DNA of 36,810 bases, from the NCBI GenBank assembly GCA_013265495.1, contig MU058650.1:957394-994203 (forward strand), in the 5' to 3' direction. The notes beneath the pieces were generated by a model. It was given only the letters and a program-made list of their open reading frames with translations, did no database searches and was not told where the DNA came from. The DNA is from Vicugna vicugna. Lineage: Eukaryota. Position 1 is the stretch's first letter; each line of letters starts with the position of its first letter. Positions 11,776-23,855 of the stretch are shown in pieces. The position numbers were made by a program, and so were the translations under genes.

Positions 11776-12324
11776 TTTTTGCATCATGTTACCCCCTCAC
11801 TGTGTACCTGTCGTGAGGTGTTCTGGGTAATACAAAAGCGAATAGGAGATGGTCTCTGCTCCAAAGTAACATTCCACGTGGTCAGGAGATGAAGCCATGC
11901 CTACAACACGAAGATAAAAGCAGGCCTGTGATCAGTGACTTGCTGGAGGCGTTTTGTGACAGGAGTATTCAGGGAAGGCTTCAAGGCTTCGCTGAGGGGA
12001 TGCTGAAGGAAAGGGAGATGGGATGTGGGAGGTGGAGAAAGTGCTGGGAACAAAGCCTGGGGAAGTGTGACCAGCTGCCACCGCAGCGGGTGGTCCAGGT
12101 TCATTGGCTGTAGACGCTGTTCAGGGTGTGTAGAAAATAACGTTGCAAAGAGAAAGTTGGGGGCAGTTCTTGGACACCTTTGCAAACACGTCATAAAACA
12201 GCCCAGAAGCACAGTAACACTTTTGCCCTGACCTGATGTGGTCCTTGAAGAGAAGGTGAGTCAGACACGAAAAATCTGTTTCCCTTACAACAAACGTCTA
12301 GCCTTACCTTAGAGCCAGACAGTC

Positions 12325-12450
12325 CATTCCCTTCACCTTACGGAGGAGAGAGGAGAGACTCAGAGACACAAGTAGCTTATCCCCAGTCACACAGCTCAGA
12401 GCGGCAAACTGAGACTAGACTTGGAGTCAGACCTCAGACACTTTCCTATG
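12325..12450 (-). mobile_element. MIR remnant
   Basis: ttacggaggagag...actcagagacacaagtagcttatccccagtcacacagct. Confidence 0.5.
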
Positions 12451-12681
12451 TAATCAGGTCACCTTTCCATTCAGCACCAATTAGCTTCCATTGCTTTTGA
12501 GGGGCCAGAAGTGCAGTAATTATTCCAGAATTTGACTAGGCTTGCTTGAGACACTGACTACTCTTATTTATGAGATGGAGAAGCAACGTCCTGAAAAGGG
12601 GTAGATTTTTGTCCTGTGCACCTGAACACCTCACTGCAGACTGGTACTTTTAGCCATAATTTTCTGTCTTAGGACACACTT

Positions 12682-12780
12682 ACACACACAACATGTATGT
12701 GTATATATACATAAATATACATATATACACATACATATATGTGTATGTATATATACACACGTATATTTTTTCATACATAC
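12682..12780. repeat. Compound (CA)/(TA)/(TG) microsatellite
   Basis: acacacacaacatgtatgtgtatatatacataaatatacatatatacacatacatatatgtgtatg. Confidence 0.8.
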
Positions 12781-13018
12781 ATTTTAATTATTATTTTAAA
12801 TAATTTATTAGTAATACTTAATAATAATGATTTTATTTTGATTATTTTGTTTCCTGCATTAAAACAAACAAAAACCGTTTCCACACCCTTGTTGAAATAT
12901 GTTAAGCTGAATAGTTTTCTAAGCAGTTTCCTGAAGGTGACCTCAGAGCCTGCCCATTGCATCAAGCTGCCACGAGAGATTGTTAGAACTCGAGCATCGG
13001 CTTCCCAGCTCCGCTGCC

Positions 13019-15447
13019 CCTGGACCTGGATGTTTGTTTCCTTTCCCGAGATGGGGAAGTTTTCAGCTCTTATGACTTCATGTATGTTCTCTGCCCCTTT
13101 CACTATCTTTTCTCCTCCTGGGTCCCCTATAATGTGAATGTTAGTATGATTAATGTGCTCTCAGAGGCTCTCAAACTGTCCTCATTTTTTTACATTTTTT
13201 TTTCTGTTCAGCATCAGTGATTTTCTCTCTTCTGTTTCCAGCTTGCTGATCTGTTCCTGTGTATTGTCTAATCTACTGTGGATTCCTTCTGCTATATTTT
13301 TTATTTCAGTGGTTGCATTCCTCATCTCTGTTTGGTTCTTCTTTATGTCTTCTAAATCTTTGTTAAAAACTTCCAACTTCTCACTCTGCTCATCCAATCT
13401 TCTCCTAAGTTCTTTGAACATCTTTACAATTATTACCCTGAGCTCTTTATCAGGTAGGTTGCTTATGTCTGTTTCACTTAGTTCTTCTTCTGGGGTTTTA
13501 TCCTGTCCTTTGGAACGTGTTCTTCTGTCTCTTTGTTTTGCCTAATTTGCTGTCTTTATTTCTGTGTATCTGGGAGGTGCATTACGTTCCCTGACTGTGG
13601 AGAAGTGGCCTTTGGTAGGAGATGCCTTTTATATCTAAGCGGTACACTCCCCTCTCGTCACCAGAGCTGTATGCTCTTGGGGTGCCCCCTGTGTGGACTG
13701 TGTGGTCCTTCTGCTGTGGCAGGCTGACTCCTGTGTCTGTCTGGTATGCGTGGCTGTACCCCCAACCCCCACCTCAGTCTGATTGGTCGACCCAGACCTG
13801 CCTTGTACAGAGGCTGCTGGTAGCTGGTAGGCAGGGCTGGATCATGAGCTGGGTATAGCTTCGGGGGTCCAGGGCCAAGTGCTGGCCCACTGGTGGGCAG
13901 ACCTGGGATCCAGGGTGGATGTTCATGGGGCTGGAGGTCTTGGATCAAGTGTCTGCCTACTGGTGCACAGGGCCTTTTCATAACACGGTTGCCTGTGGGG
14001 TCTGGCGTGTCCCAAAATGTCAGACCACTGGTGAGTGGGGCTGGATCCCAGGGTGACTGGCCGAGGGGTCCAAGGTGTTTCAGAGCTGGTGTCAACCTGG
14101 GATAAGCGGAGCCAGGTCCCAGTGTCTGCCGCTGCACAGCCCTGGCAGTCCTGGAACTGGAGGTCCCACCAGTTTTGACCTGCTGGTTGGCAGGTCTGGG
14201 GCCTAGGGTGGGCCTGGGGTGGTATCTGCATGCTCCTGGGTGGGGCTGGTTCCTAACACAGCTGGCTGCAAGGTGTAGGGTATCTCAGAGCTGGTGTCAG
14301 CCCACTGGTGAGTGGGGCTGGATCCCAGGATGGCTGGCCCAGGGGTCCAGGGTATCTCAGAGGTGGTGTCGGCCCAGGGTAAGAATAGGTCCCAGGTTCC
14401 CTGGCTGCACAGCCCTGGGGGTTCCAAAGCTGGTTTCAGCCTGCTTGTGTGTGGGCCTGGCTCCTGACCCTGCTGGTTATGGGGTCTGGGCTGTCCCAGA
14501 GGTGGTCTTGGCCCACTGGTTGGTGGGGCTGGATCCTGGGGTGGCTGGCAAAGGGACCCAGGGTGTCTCAGAACTGGTGTTGGCCTGCTGGTGGGTAGGC
14601 CGGGTCCTGGCATGGCAGGCTGTGGGCAGCTGTGTTGCTCCTGGGAGGGGTGCACACCCACCGGCAGGCAGGGCCGGAGCCCAGGGGAATCCCAGGGTTG
14701 GCGCCTGCCCACTAGTGGGTGAGACTGGGTCCTGGGGTCCCGGGGCTAGAGTCCCTGCCCTGGTGTGGGGCCGGGTCCTGGGCCTTATGGTAGACAGGGC
14801 CACATCATGGGGTGGCTGTGGGCTCAGAGGGTCTTAGGGCAGCAGTGCTGTGGGTGGGTGGGCTTTGCTCCTGCCCAGCTGGTTGCGTGGCCTGCGGCAT
14901 CCCGGTGCTGGTGCCGACAGGCTGATGGGCGGGGCCAGGTCCCAGGACTCAGAAGCTCCAGGGAGGATTCCAGAATGACACTTGCCAGCACCAGTGTCCT
15001 TGTGGCAGAATGAGCTCCCCAAAATGGATGTGCCAGCGTCTGTGCGCCCAGGGTGAGCCCAGTTGCCGCCTGTCTCTCCCGGAGGCTCCCCAGGATCAGC
15101 AGCTGGGTCCCAGGGCCCGTGAGGTTTTGTGCAGCCCCTTTAAGAGTGGAGTGTATTTCCCACAGCCCTCTGGCTCCCCAGGAATTAATTCCCACTGATG
15201 TTCACACCTATAGCTCATCTTCCCGGTGCAGGACCCTCGGACTGGGGAGCCTGATGTAGGGCCCGGACCCCTTGCTCCTTGGGGAAAATCTCTGCCATTG
15301 TGATTATTATCTTTAGCTGTAGGTCTTTCCTGCTAGTCTTCTGGTCCTTCTCATCAGTTGCTGCTCTCTGAATAGTTGTGATTCTGGTGTGCCGTGGGGA
15401 GAGGTGAGCTCAGGGTGTTCCTGCTCTGCGACCTTGGTCATTCCTCC
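13019..15447 (-). mobile_element. L1 5' portion only: GC-rich 5' UTR with tandem array plus N-terminal half of ORF1
   Basis: ORF1 coiled-coil fragments MFKELRRRLDEQSEKLEVFNKDLEDIKKNQTEMRNATTEIKN... and GAENIHEVIRAENFPISGKETNIQVQ; L1-type 5' start (ACCCTGAGCTCACCTCTCCCCACGG) near 15400-15447. Confidence 0.88.
13870..14780. repeat. Degenerate ~70-bp GC-rich tandem array in the L1 5' UTR
   Basis: Recurring cccactggtg(a/g)gtggggctggatcccagg...ctcagagctggtgtc at about 13885, 14025, 14300, 14510 and 14710. Confidence 0.7.
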
Positions 15448-17100
15448 TGTCTAAATGCTTTTTAAATGTCAAAGCATAATCTGTTTGCTGCTTCCCTTAC
15501 AAATAAGTTAATAAAAGTGTTATCTAAATAGAAAAAAACCCTGAATTTTAAAAAATAAGTTTTATAAAATGTATGTATTTAATCATTAAAAGTTTAATTG
15601 AATAGTGATGTCATTCATAATTTAAGAGAGACCCGTGTCTCCTTTTCTTTGAAAGGAAAAGGATAAACCATTAATTTATTATGTTGGTTTTACCACAGTC
15701 ACCTACTGCTCCCTAATCCCTTATATAACATTTTCCTGGAATTAAAGCTAGAATTTGAAAGAATATCTATTATCCATGATAGATTTATACCCACTGTTTT
15801 GAAAGGCAGCCTGCTCCCTTCAGATGAAGAATGCCAGACTCTGCACTGCCTCACCGCTGGCTTAATGCGGGAAATACTCTTGTTTTTCTAGAGGCTTGCA
15901 AATGATTTCTTTGTATGAGTTCAAATTTCCGGTTGATGTGACAAGTCCTCTGCAGCCTCTCTTCCTAGTGGAATGCTCATTATAGAGAGGGTCCCATTTA
16001 CTAGGCCAAATACCTGTTGACAAGTTAATTTCCAACTACCAGTGCCCCTAGTTGGGAACTTCAATAGAGCAACTAAAATATTTTAAAATGTCATTTCAGA
16101 AAGTACAAGAAATGCCGGAAGCATTGAACACTCTGCTGCTCTTTATGGCCGTTTAGATGAAACAGTGTTTTGCTTAGGAAACTTGGTTGATCCAAGAATT
16201 GTGGTTATTTTGTATGTCTCCTTCCTCACCAATAGTATCCTTCTTGTTTATTACAGGATTTCTTCACGCAAGAATTAACTTTCATTAGCAAATTCATCGA
16301 AACTGTTCAAAATAAGCCTCTTTTCTAATTATTCCAAAAGAAGACGTCAGAGTCACAAATTTAAGATGATGGAGTAGTGTTGCAGTACAGGTACCCACGC
16401 CCCCTCACCCCCAAGGCGGGAGCCTACGGGGTCCTAGTGCATCCCCGTCCCTGCTGAACGGATCCCTCTAACAAAGAACCACGAGACAGGAGCTCACTTT
16501 GATTTGGTAGCAGAGATATGATTCGTTTTGAGTAACTGACATTGGGTGACTGTTCTTGTGCAGGCTAGAGAATGAATGTTAAATAATGAAAGTGATCGTA
16601 ATTGCCTCATGGAAGGACACTGCTGTGAACTCAGCCATAAACGTCACGCTGCAGCATGTTAATAAGCGATAGTAACAGAAAATGTTGGAATTAGAACATG
16701 TGCAAGTAGTTATTATTAAATTGGATTCTCCCAGTGCTTAAGCAAGGCATTCATCTTAGGAAGCTACAGTAAGTCCTTTGGAACACTGTCAAAAAGCTGT
16801 GAGTCAAAAAACCAGAAACAAACACAGAAAACTGCTGTCTTTGCAGATAGTTATTAAAAATAGGAGCTGGTGATCAGATCTTCTCTTTGTAGTCTTGAGA
16901 ATTTGATTGTTGTTCCAGCAAAATGTAACTTCTTTTCACTAGTGATTTGAGAATTCTCTGTCACTAAGAAAACAAAGTCTAGTGTTACGAAGAAAAAAAG
17001 CAGAATATTCCCCTAAATAAAACTGAGTTTATTGGTTTGATGATTGAGGCCAAGAGTTAAAAACAAGGAGAGCTATAAACCCTCTGAATATAGGGTTCCT

Positions 17101-17240
17101 GGGGGAGGGCATAGCTCGGTGGTAGAGCACATGCTTAGCATGCACGAGGTCCTAGATTCAATCCCCAGTACCTCCACTGAAAAAATACATAAATAAACCT
17201 AATTAAACCCCCCGCAAAAATTAAAATAAATAAGTGAATG
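17101..17240 (+). mobile_element. Vic-1-like tRNA-Ala-derived SINE
   Basis: GGGGGAGGGCATAGCTCGGTGGTAGAGCACATGCTTAGCATGCACGAGGTCCTAGATTCAATCCCCAGTACCTCCA with A/B boxes, A-rich tail and direct repeat tagggttc (17091-17098, 17245-17252). Confidence 0.9.
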
Positions 17241-19269
17241 ATTGTAGGGTTCAAATGGTGGAGAGAGCATGGTAGTAGTTCTTCTAAGGGTAAGAACAGA
17301 AGGATGGGGGTTAAAGAAAGCAAATGGGATCTGCCTCACAGGTACATTTGAGATGCCTTCACTCCATGCATGCAGTCAGAAACATAAGGAAAAAAAGGAA
17401 GTTAAAAGGAGGAGAGGTATATAAACCCCAGAGTTCCCAAACTCAGATCAGAAACAGACACACCTTTCTTCCCTTCATCCCTTCTTTCCTTCCTTCCTTT
17501 CTTTTTTACCTAAACCAACTACTGATTAGCTTAAGAGCAATTAAAGACTTATTTCTTCATTTCTTCCTTTTCAGGGTAAACATGCCAAACCAGTTTAACA
17601 CTCTCCCAAAATATTTCATCAGGTTGATCGTTCACGTCTGGACCATCACAGTTTATCCATAAACTTTACAATTGAGGCCCTTAAATAAGTCCAGACATTT
17701 AAGAGGTGGGCTCCTGGCAGCACTGGATGGTGGAGAACAGCCACCCTGAGATGCTCACACGGAGGTTTTGCTGATCTGGTCCTTTCATGAGGAAGCAACT
17801 TGAATATTTGTTCTGTCATCAAAATAAGCCTGCCAAAGTAAGGGGTAGCACTGGTATTTCTGCCTCTGACCATGCCTTAGGCTTATGATCTAAATGCAAA
17901 ATAAATTAAATCTGTCAAAGCCTTGTTTGATCTGATGATGTGGCTTGAAAAAAACATAATTCCCAGCATAGCAAGAAATACAGCGCCTAGCATAACAAGG
18001 TGGCCTTTTAATGAAGTAATTGTGGGCATATCGGCCCATTAGAAAAACAAGGGGAAAAAATCAAAACACATTCTGGGTAAAAAATAGCATGATCAGGACT
18101 ACTGGCCCAGAAATTATGAAAGGGTAAAGAAGCCGTATGTAAGTGTCAGTTCACAGGATACACAAATGGGCACTTCCCTTTCACAGTTTGTAATATTGTT
18201 TCTGCGACCGTGTGAGAGGGTTGTGATCCACCTCTCAGAGCAGTGAGACTTAACAAGTCATGTGTCATCTCTGACCCTTCACTGTGGATTTCCACTGGGT
18301 TCCCCTGTCTTTGACAGTGTGCGTATCCCCAGGGGGCCTGAAAAAAAGACAAAAGAAAAGCAATAGAACACAGTGTCCTTTCTCTTCTTTTATGTAAGGC
18401 TGTCTTGATGCAAAACAATTCCCTGGGCATTTTCTTCGCATGTGCGAGAAGGCCAGTAGGAGGAATTACAGATGGGCCATAAGTCACTTTATATCTAGGT
18501 GCTTCCTGCCATCTAGGATGACACCTGTAGGTCTCAGGCCACATCTTTGTATAGATCTGATGAAGAAGTTGCGTGGGGGAAACTCAGTAGTTTGTAGTTT
18601 GACTTGGACCCTAAGTGGGGAGAACACAAAGATACTACTTAAAGAAAAATCAGAACCCTTTCTCTAGGAGGATTTATACTATAAGAACGTGATTATCATG
18701 GAGCCCAGATGCACAGACTTAAAAGAGGCTTCATCTGAGGAGCTGGCCCACGTGCTAGGCAAACTTCACTGGAAGTTGCACGTGGGTACCACAAGGGCAG
18801 ATACTATGTAAAGCTTTATCCTTGACTTAGTGATAGAATTAATCCCAACCAGTTATTAGTATGCTGATAACCAGTGAACAAATGTATTGCTCAATCTTTT
18901 TTTTTTCTGGCATAACTATCCAGTAGTTGGAAAAATGGAAAATTTTTCCCAAGAGAGAAACTTGAGGTTTTGTAAAATTTCTCACTCATCTAATTAAAAT
19001 GTTCCACCAAATTTATTTGTAGGATTACTTTTTGGAGGGAAGCTGATAACCTAAATCCTAACAGATCTTAGAACGTATTTGACTAAAACAGTTGAATTTC
19101 AGAATTTACAACAAAGTAAGTCCATTTTTTGACTTTCAGCAGACTCTGACGTCACATAGAAATTTCATATGTACTTTTGTAATGGTTTTGGTGATCTTTT
19201 TATACATTTCAATTGTTGTTAGAACTTTCTTTTTTCTGAAATCAGGTAACATATATATATATTTTGAAA

Positions 19270-19630
19270 AGAAAATAAAAATTACTCATAATTCCATTAC
19301 CCAGAAATACTACTGTTAACCTTTTTGTTGTGTATCCCACCAATCTTTTTCTCCTTGTTTATGTCACCATCACATTTTTTGTATTATTTATTAAAGAAAA
19401 AGTAGATTGTTCCATACATGTTCTTTTCTAACTTTTCCCTATTTGATAAGCATATTATGGACATTTTCTTGTATTATTAGATATTCAAGAATATAATTTT
19501 GTTGCCTACAAACGATTCTGTCATATCTTAGTGTAGCAGTTTGGTCACTATGTTTCCTCCATTCCTTTTTCGTTTATATGATACAGACTCCATGCCTTTG
19601 TACAAGTAAGCCTGTTGGAATTGCTGGTTT
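19270..19630 (-). mobile_element. Very old L1 (L1ME-type) 3' remnant
   Basis: aaaattactcataattccattacccagaaatactactgttaac... AT-rich degenerate motif. Confidence 0.45.
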
Positions 19631-20359
19631 TAACACAGGCTGTTCAAGGTATTGGAGCCAAAGCAATTTGAGCAAAGGAACACAATCAAGGTGTTGGTTC
19701 GAATTCAGGGATTACTCACATCATTGAGCCTATTAGTTAACTACACTAACTCATGTGGGTCACCTTATGTTAGAGCTGGAGGGAATCACTGAGCATCTGA
19801 GAAAAAGAAATATCTTTTAGAAATGACACCAATGCGAAGTAACACAAATAATTCTGCCTTTTAGGAACACACAGTATTAAGAGAAGCTGGGAAGGTGGGT
19901 TGAGTGTAAGTTCCTGCATGATAAGTTCTTTTCTGTAGCCTGAGTCGTTTTGAGACTCTGAACAGTACCACGAAGTAGTACACACTCACGTATTAAAAAC
20001 TGAAAGTTGGCATAAAACACAGATTCATGTGTACCAGAGACGCTGTGAATAAGTGCACAAGTGGTGTGTGATTGTTAAGGAGTGAGTTAGGATGCGCAAT
20101 AAAGAAAACTTTTGGGAGCCAAGAACAAACTTGCTAAGAGGGAGAGTTTGGGGAAGGTTTAAATCGGAGGATGCTGGGGGCCTAAAGGCCAGCCTGCTGG
20201 TTGAGTGAACTCACGAGGAAGCTTCTGGCCCATCCAAGAAGTGTTGGGATTGGTCAACAGAGGAGACAAGTGGCCACAAAACCCAGTTCTCAAAGAGGAC
20301 AGCAGTGCCTAAGGGAAAACAGGGGAAAGGGGGAAAGCATGGGAGCAAAGGAAGAGATA

Positions 20360-20700
20360 AAACGGAGGCGGAAAACGAGGCACTAGGGATAAGGAGCGGC
20401 CGGCAGCGAACTGGGGCGAGCCGAGGCCGATCGTGGAGGCAGAGGGTGGGAGCAGCCGTAGCGCGTCCTTTCCCCGGGTCTGGGGCCGACGCGACTTCTA
20501 GCGCACAAGGATTCTGTTCCCAAGGTACTGATTTGCCTTCAAAATGTTTTTAGGCAAAAGCAGGGGGAAAAGGCCCCCATGCTTCGCCCCTAGTTTGTTG
20601 GAACACCGGACTTACTAGAATGGGGCGTTCTGGGGCTCGCGGGCAGTGTGCGCCCTTCCCGACCCTGGGCTCCTCCCCGCGATGGGCTTTGTAGCGGCCT
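20360..20700. promoter_or_regulatory. CpG-rich segment just upstream of ELMOD1 exon 3
   Basis: About 28 CpGs counted by eye in ~340 bp of an otherwise CpG-depleted intron; no repeat recognised. Confidence 0.55.
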
Positions 20701-20859
20701 CAAGTAAAACCATGTGGGAGTAGAAAAAGGAAATGTGCTTGTGAACCCAGAAGGCTAACGGCTGCTTTTCTTCCTGGGCTTCTTTCCTTGCTGGTGGTGG
20801 CTGCTCTCGGTTCTTTTCCAGAGTTCTGTTGGAAGGTACCTGTCTTTTGTTTTTGGCAG

Positions 20860-21005
20860 AATGTTGATCCAGGTGTGCCTGTATTTTTACTGTAAATTTT
20901 TGTGGCGCTGCCTGAAATTTGTAATGAGAAAGCTGACTGGGAGATGTGAACTGCAGCGGATCTGTTACAGTACCAAGCCTGGGGCCTCCAGAACCATGAA
21001 AATCG
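20860..21005 (+). CDS. ELMOD1: ELMOD1 coding exon, 146 nt (MLIQVCLYFYCKFLWRCLKFVMRKLTGRCELQRICYSTKPGASRTMKI)
   Basis: ttttgtttttggcag|A ATG TTG ATC...AAA ATC G|gtaagc; open frame matching ELMOD1. Confidence 0.97.
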
Positions 21006-21142
21006 GTAAGCACGAGACAAAGAAATAAACACAATGTGGGCTCTCTGGGATTGCGGATGCGGTGTTATATTTCAGTATAGTAATTACAAACCACTTGCAA
21101 AAGATAATTTTTGAATGGCTTGATTTATTATCTCTTTTACAG

Positions 21143-21171
21143 AGACATCACTGAGGGATTCAAAAAGTAAG
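21143..21171 (+). CDS. ELMOD1: ELMOD1 coding micro-exon, 29 nt (ETSLRDSKSK)
   Basis: tctcttttacag|AGACATCACTGAGGGATTCAAAAAGTAAG|gtaagt; phases fit both neighbours. Confidence 0.96.
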
Positions 21172-22014
21172 GTAAGTAAAATTGTTTCTGTATTTTTCAG
21201 CAGCTTTTTTACATGGAGGCTTACCTTCATCTCAAAAGGTAAACATTTTAAGAAACAAAAACATATCTTTGGCTATGAATATTAATACAAACTGAGAAGA
21301 AAGAATTGGTTTCCTCTCACAAGCCACTGTCCTTTTTACATGAGAGCAGCTACTCATGAATTTCTAGGCAGATTTATGATGCAGGTATGATTTCATTGTG
21401 GAAATAATCCGTTTTTATACCTCTTTCCAAATCATAAACTAAATTCCTTGAAAATAAGAATAGTATTAACTCTGGTATTTTTCCTCAATATCCAAATCAT
21501 TTAACTTTATACTCAAGGTTTTCCAAGAAAATCAAAGAAGCCACTATGCTAGCATTTGTAGTACATAGGTAAGCATCCATGTGAGAGAAAAATAATCTGT
21601 TTTTTCAAGATTCTTGAGTATTTAATTTAATTTTGGCATCCTTAAGACTGTATTGCCTGTGTACTTCAAACAGTCAAAAATGTAATGCCCATTAACAAAG
21701 GAAACCATGTATGTTGAGTGAGAAAAAGAAAATACAATGTATTTCAGTATAAGTATCTTGAAATAGATGAGGATGGTTAAAAAGAAACTGATTTATTTTT
21801 GTTTTATGTTAATAACCTTAATCAGGAAAATTGCACTACCCCCATTTTGAAAATATCAAATTTACTAGAATTCAAATACGAAATCAGTTTTTGCTTTTAG
21901 TTTGCTGTCTTCCTTTAGAAGCTTTAAACAAATACTTGAAGCCCCTATTTAAATAGACTCCACTTAAGACACCAGCGTTCACGGCCAGGGAACCGACTGA
22001 AACTTGTTTTCCAG

Positions 22015-22112
22015 CTGTTGCAGACTTCAGTGAGCGTTCACTCCGACGCTATCGAGAAAACCATAGAAGACATCATGGAACTGAAAAAAATTAACCCCGA
22101 CGTAAATCCACA
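22015..22112 (+). CDS. ELMOD1: ELMOD1 coding exon, 98 nt (LLQTSVSVHSDAIEKTIEDIMELKKINPDVNP-Q)
   Basis: cttgttttccag|CTGTTGCAG...AATCCACA|gtaagt. Confidence 0.97.
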
Positions 22113-23855
22113 GTAAGTAAATATAAAATGAGTCACATGGCCATATGTTTAGTATTTCTAAATACTCTCTCGCTAAATACGCTCTTAAATACTCTTTCTC
22201 TTCCCCACCCCAGTCATCTGCAATATTTGACTTTCAGATGGAAAGTAAAGAAAAAAGTGCCTTTTTCATCTTTGTAGATAGCAGTGTTGTAATTCTGTTG
22301 TGATTTATCCTCATGCTTCTGAGATGCAGTGAATGTAGGAAATGATGGAGGACCTGACAGCAGGAGATGAAATAAAGGGCGCGCATTTGTCAATAGTCAC
22401 TCCATAGGGGTGCCTGTGTTTTACATTAACAGTAAATGTTCAAATTGTAAATGTGCCTGAGCTGATTCTGTCTCATAAAGAATATTTCTTCAGTTCATGG
22501 CAAGCTGATAATCTTGGAGACAGTTTCTACCTGCTTGTCAAGAAGGCAGGCATGTGTGGGAGGGAGAGAGGGTTTTTATATGAAGACTTTAGAACTTTGT
22601 AATTTAGTCATCTTGGAAGTATTAAATTGCTCTTGGCAGTGGACATGACATTTAAAATTAGCTTTATATTTTCCACTGGGTACAGGAATTTTTCTGTAAA
22701 ATTTTAGGCTAAGGATATTAGGTAGAATAAATTCCACGTGCAGAAATATTCAGAGACGGTTTAGGTTGGTAACAATCAAACTGTCTTTTAGATGTGCACA
22801 TTCGAGAACGTTGGATGTTATAGCTGAGAAAAGCTTTTAATTGCCGAGGACAGGGAGCTACAGTCGAAGGGAATTTCAGAGTGCACTTTACGTACATCTA
22901 TCTCTTGGAGGGATTCCAGGTACCAGCTAATTGAGGCTCATCACAGAACCATCCATTTCCACATGGTCTCCGTATCATTCTTCTGCAGATGCTTCAGCTA
23001 ATTAGCTGCCTTTTCCTTATTCAGCCACTAAATGTGATTTCATTATACAGTAAATGTCTTTTTGAAACCTTCTGACATATATTTTATTTCTCAGGGAAGG
23101 TGGTAAGAATCGATTCATTTTAAATTAAGTTGAACCAAAGATTTAAGATTACAACTAAGCATGAGGGATATATTAGACCTATAATCATATTTACAGATTG
23201 AGTTAGATTAAATAGAATCTTTCCTGTCTTTTTTATAAAAGCTATGTATTTCATTCAGAAGCATTTCCTTACCATCTGTTCTTTTGATTTCCTTTAGGGA
23301 GAAAAAAAAAACCCTTATAGGTAGTGGATTGTGTTTTTACATCTCAGTGTAGATTTTAGTGCTTCCCCCGCCCCCGAGATTAACACTTACAAAATGTGAC
23401 TTTTTGAAAAATTAAATAATTTTCTGGAAAAAAAATCAAGAAATAGAGAGGACTGGGGGAAATGCTTTGTAATTTATCAAGCCATAATTTCTACTCACAC
23501 TTTGTTTTAATCACATTTTTCCAAGTGCAGCGTGGTGGTGGTAAGAATTACTGCAGTAAAATTGAATTGGCTCCCTTGTTCTCTTCTTTTTTATTTCTCC
23601 CACTCTTTTCTTTCCCTCAAAATTAACTCTTTTCTCAGTCCTGTGTTGGATTTCTGGGTGATGAGTGCCACTGTGCCCTTTTCCTAAATTTAAATATCCG
23701 ACTTAGTTTTTTGGTGCTGTGGTAACAAGTAATTATAAGGGCCATTTCACTGAATGCCCAGTTTTGGTTAAGTGTAGAATCCTGGGTTATTGGACACTGC
23801 CCTCTATGTTTGGAGTAAGTATACCATCCTAAAACTTATAATTTTCTATTGCCCC

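Noticed and set aside
13870..14780. Repeat-spacer-like pattern resembling a CRISPR array
   Set aside because: Eukaryotic DNA; units are degenerate and irregularly spaced, typical of an L1 5' UTR array.
13622..15259. Cluster of long overlapping ORFs (up to 220 aa) on both strands
   Set aside because: They fall in the GC-rich tandem L1 5' UTR, where stops are rare; composition is Pro/Gly/Trp-biased with no recognisable domain.
16933..16971. Imperfect hairpin ttttcactagtgatttgagaattctctgtcactaagaaaa
   Set aside because: Too short and AT-rich for a pre-miRNA; expected by chance in 37 kb.
17101..17176. tRNA-Ala-like sequence, also at 25807, 9155-9230 and 7115-7181
   Set aside because: These are SINE heads with A-rich tails, flanking direct repeats and divergent stems, not tRNA genes.
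22158..22197. Three copies of taaatac(t/g)ct downstream of exon 5
   Set aside because: Short local slippage duplication with no evident function.
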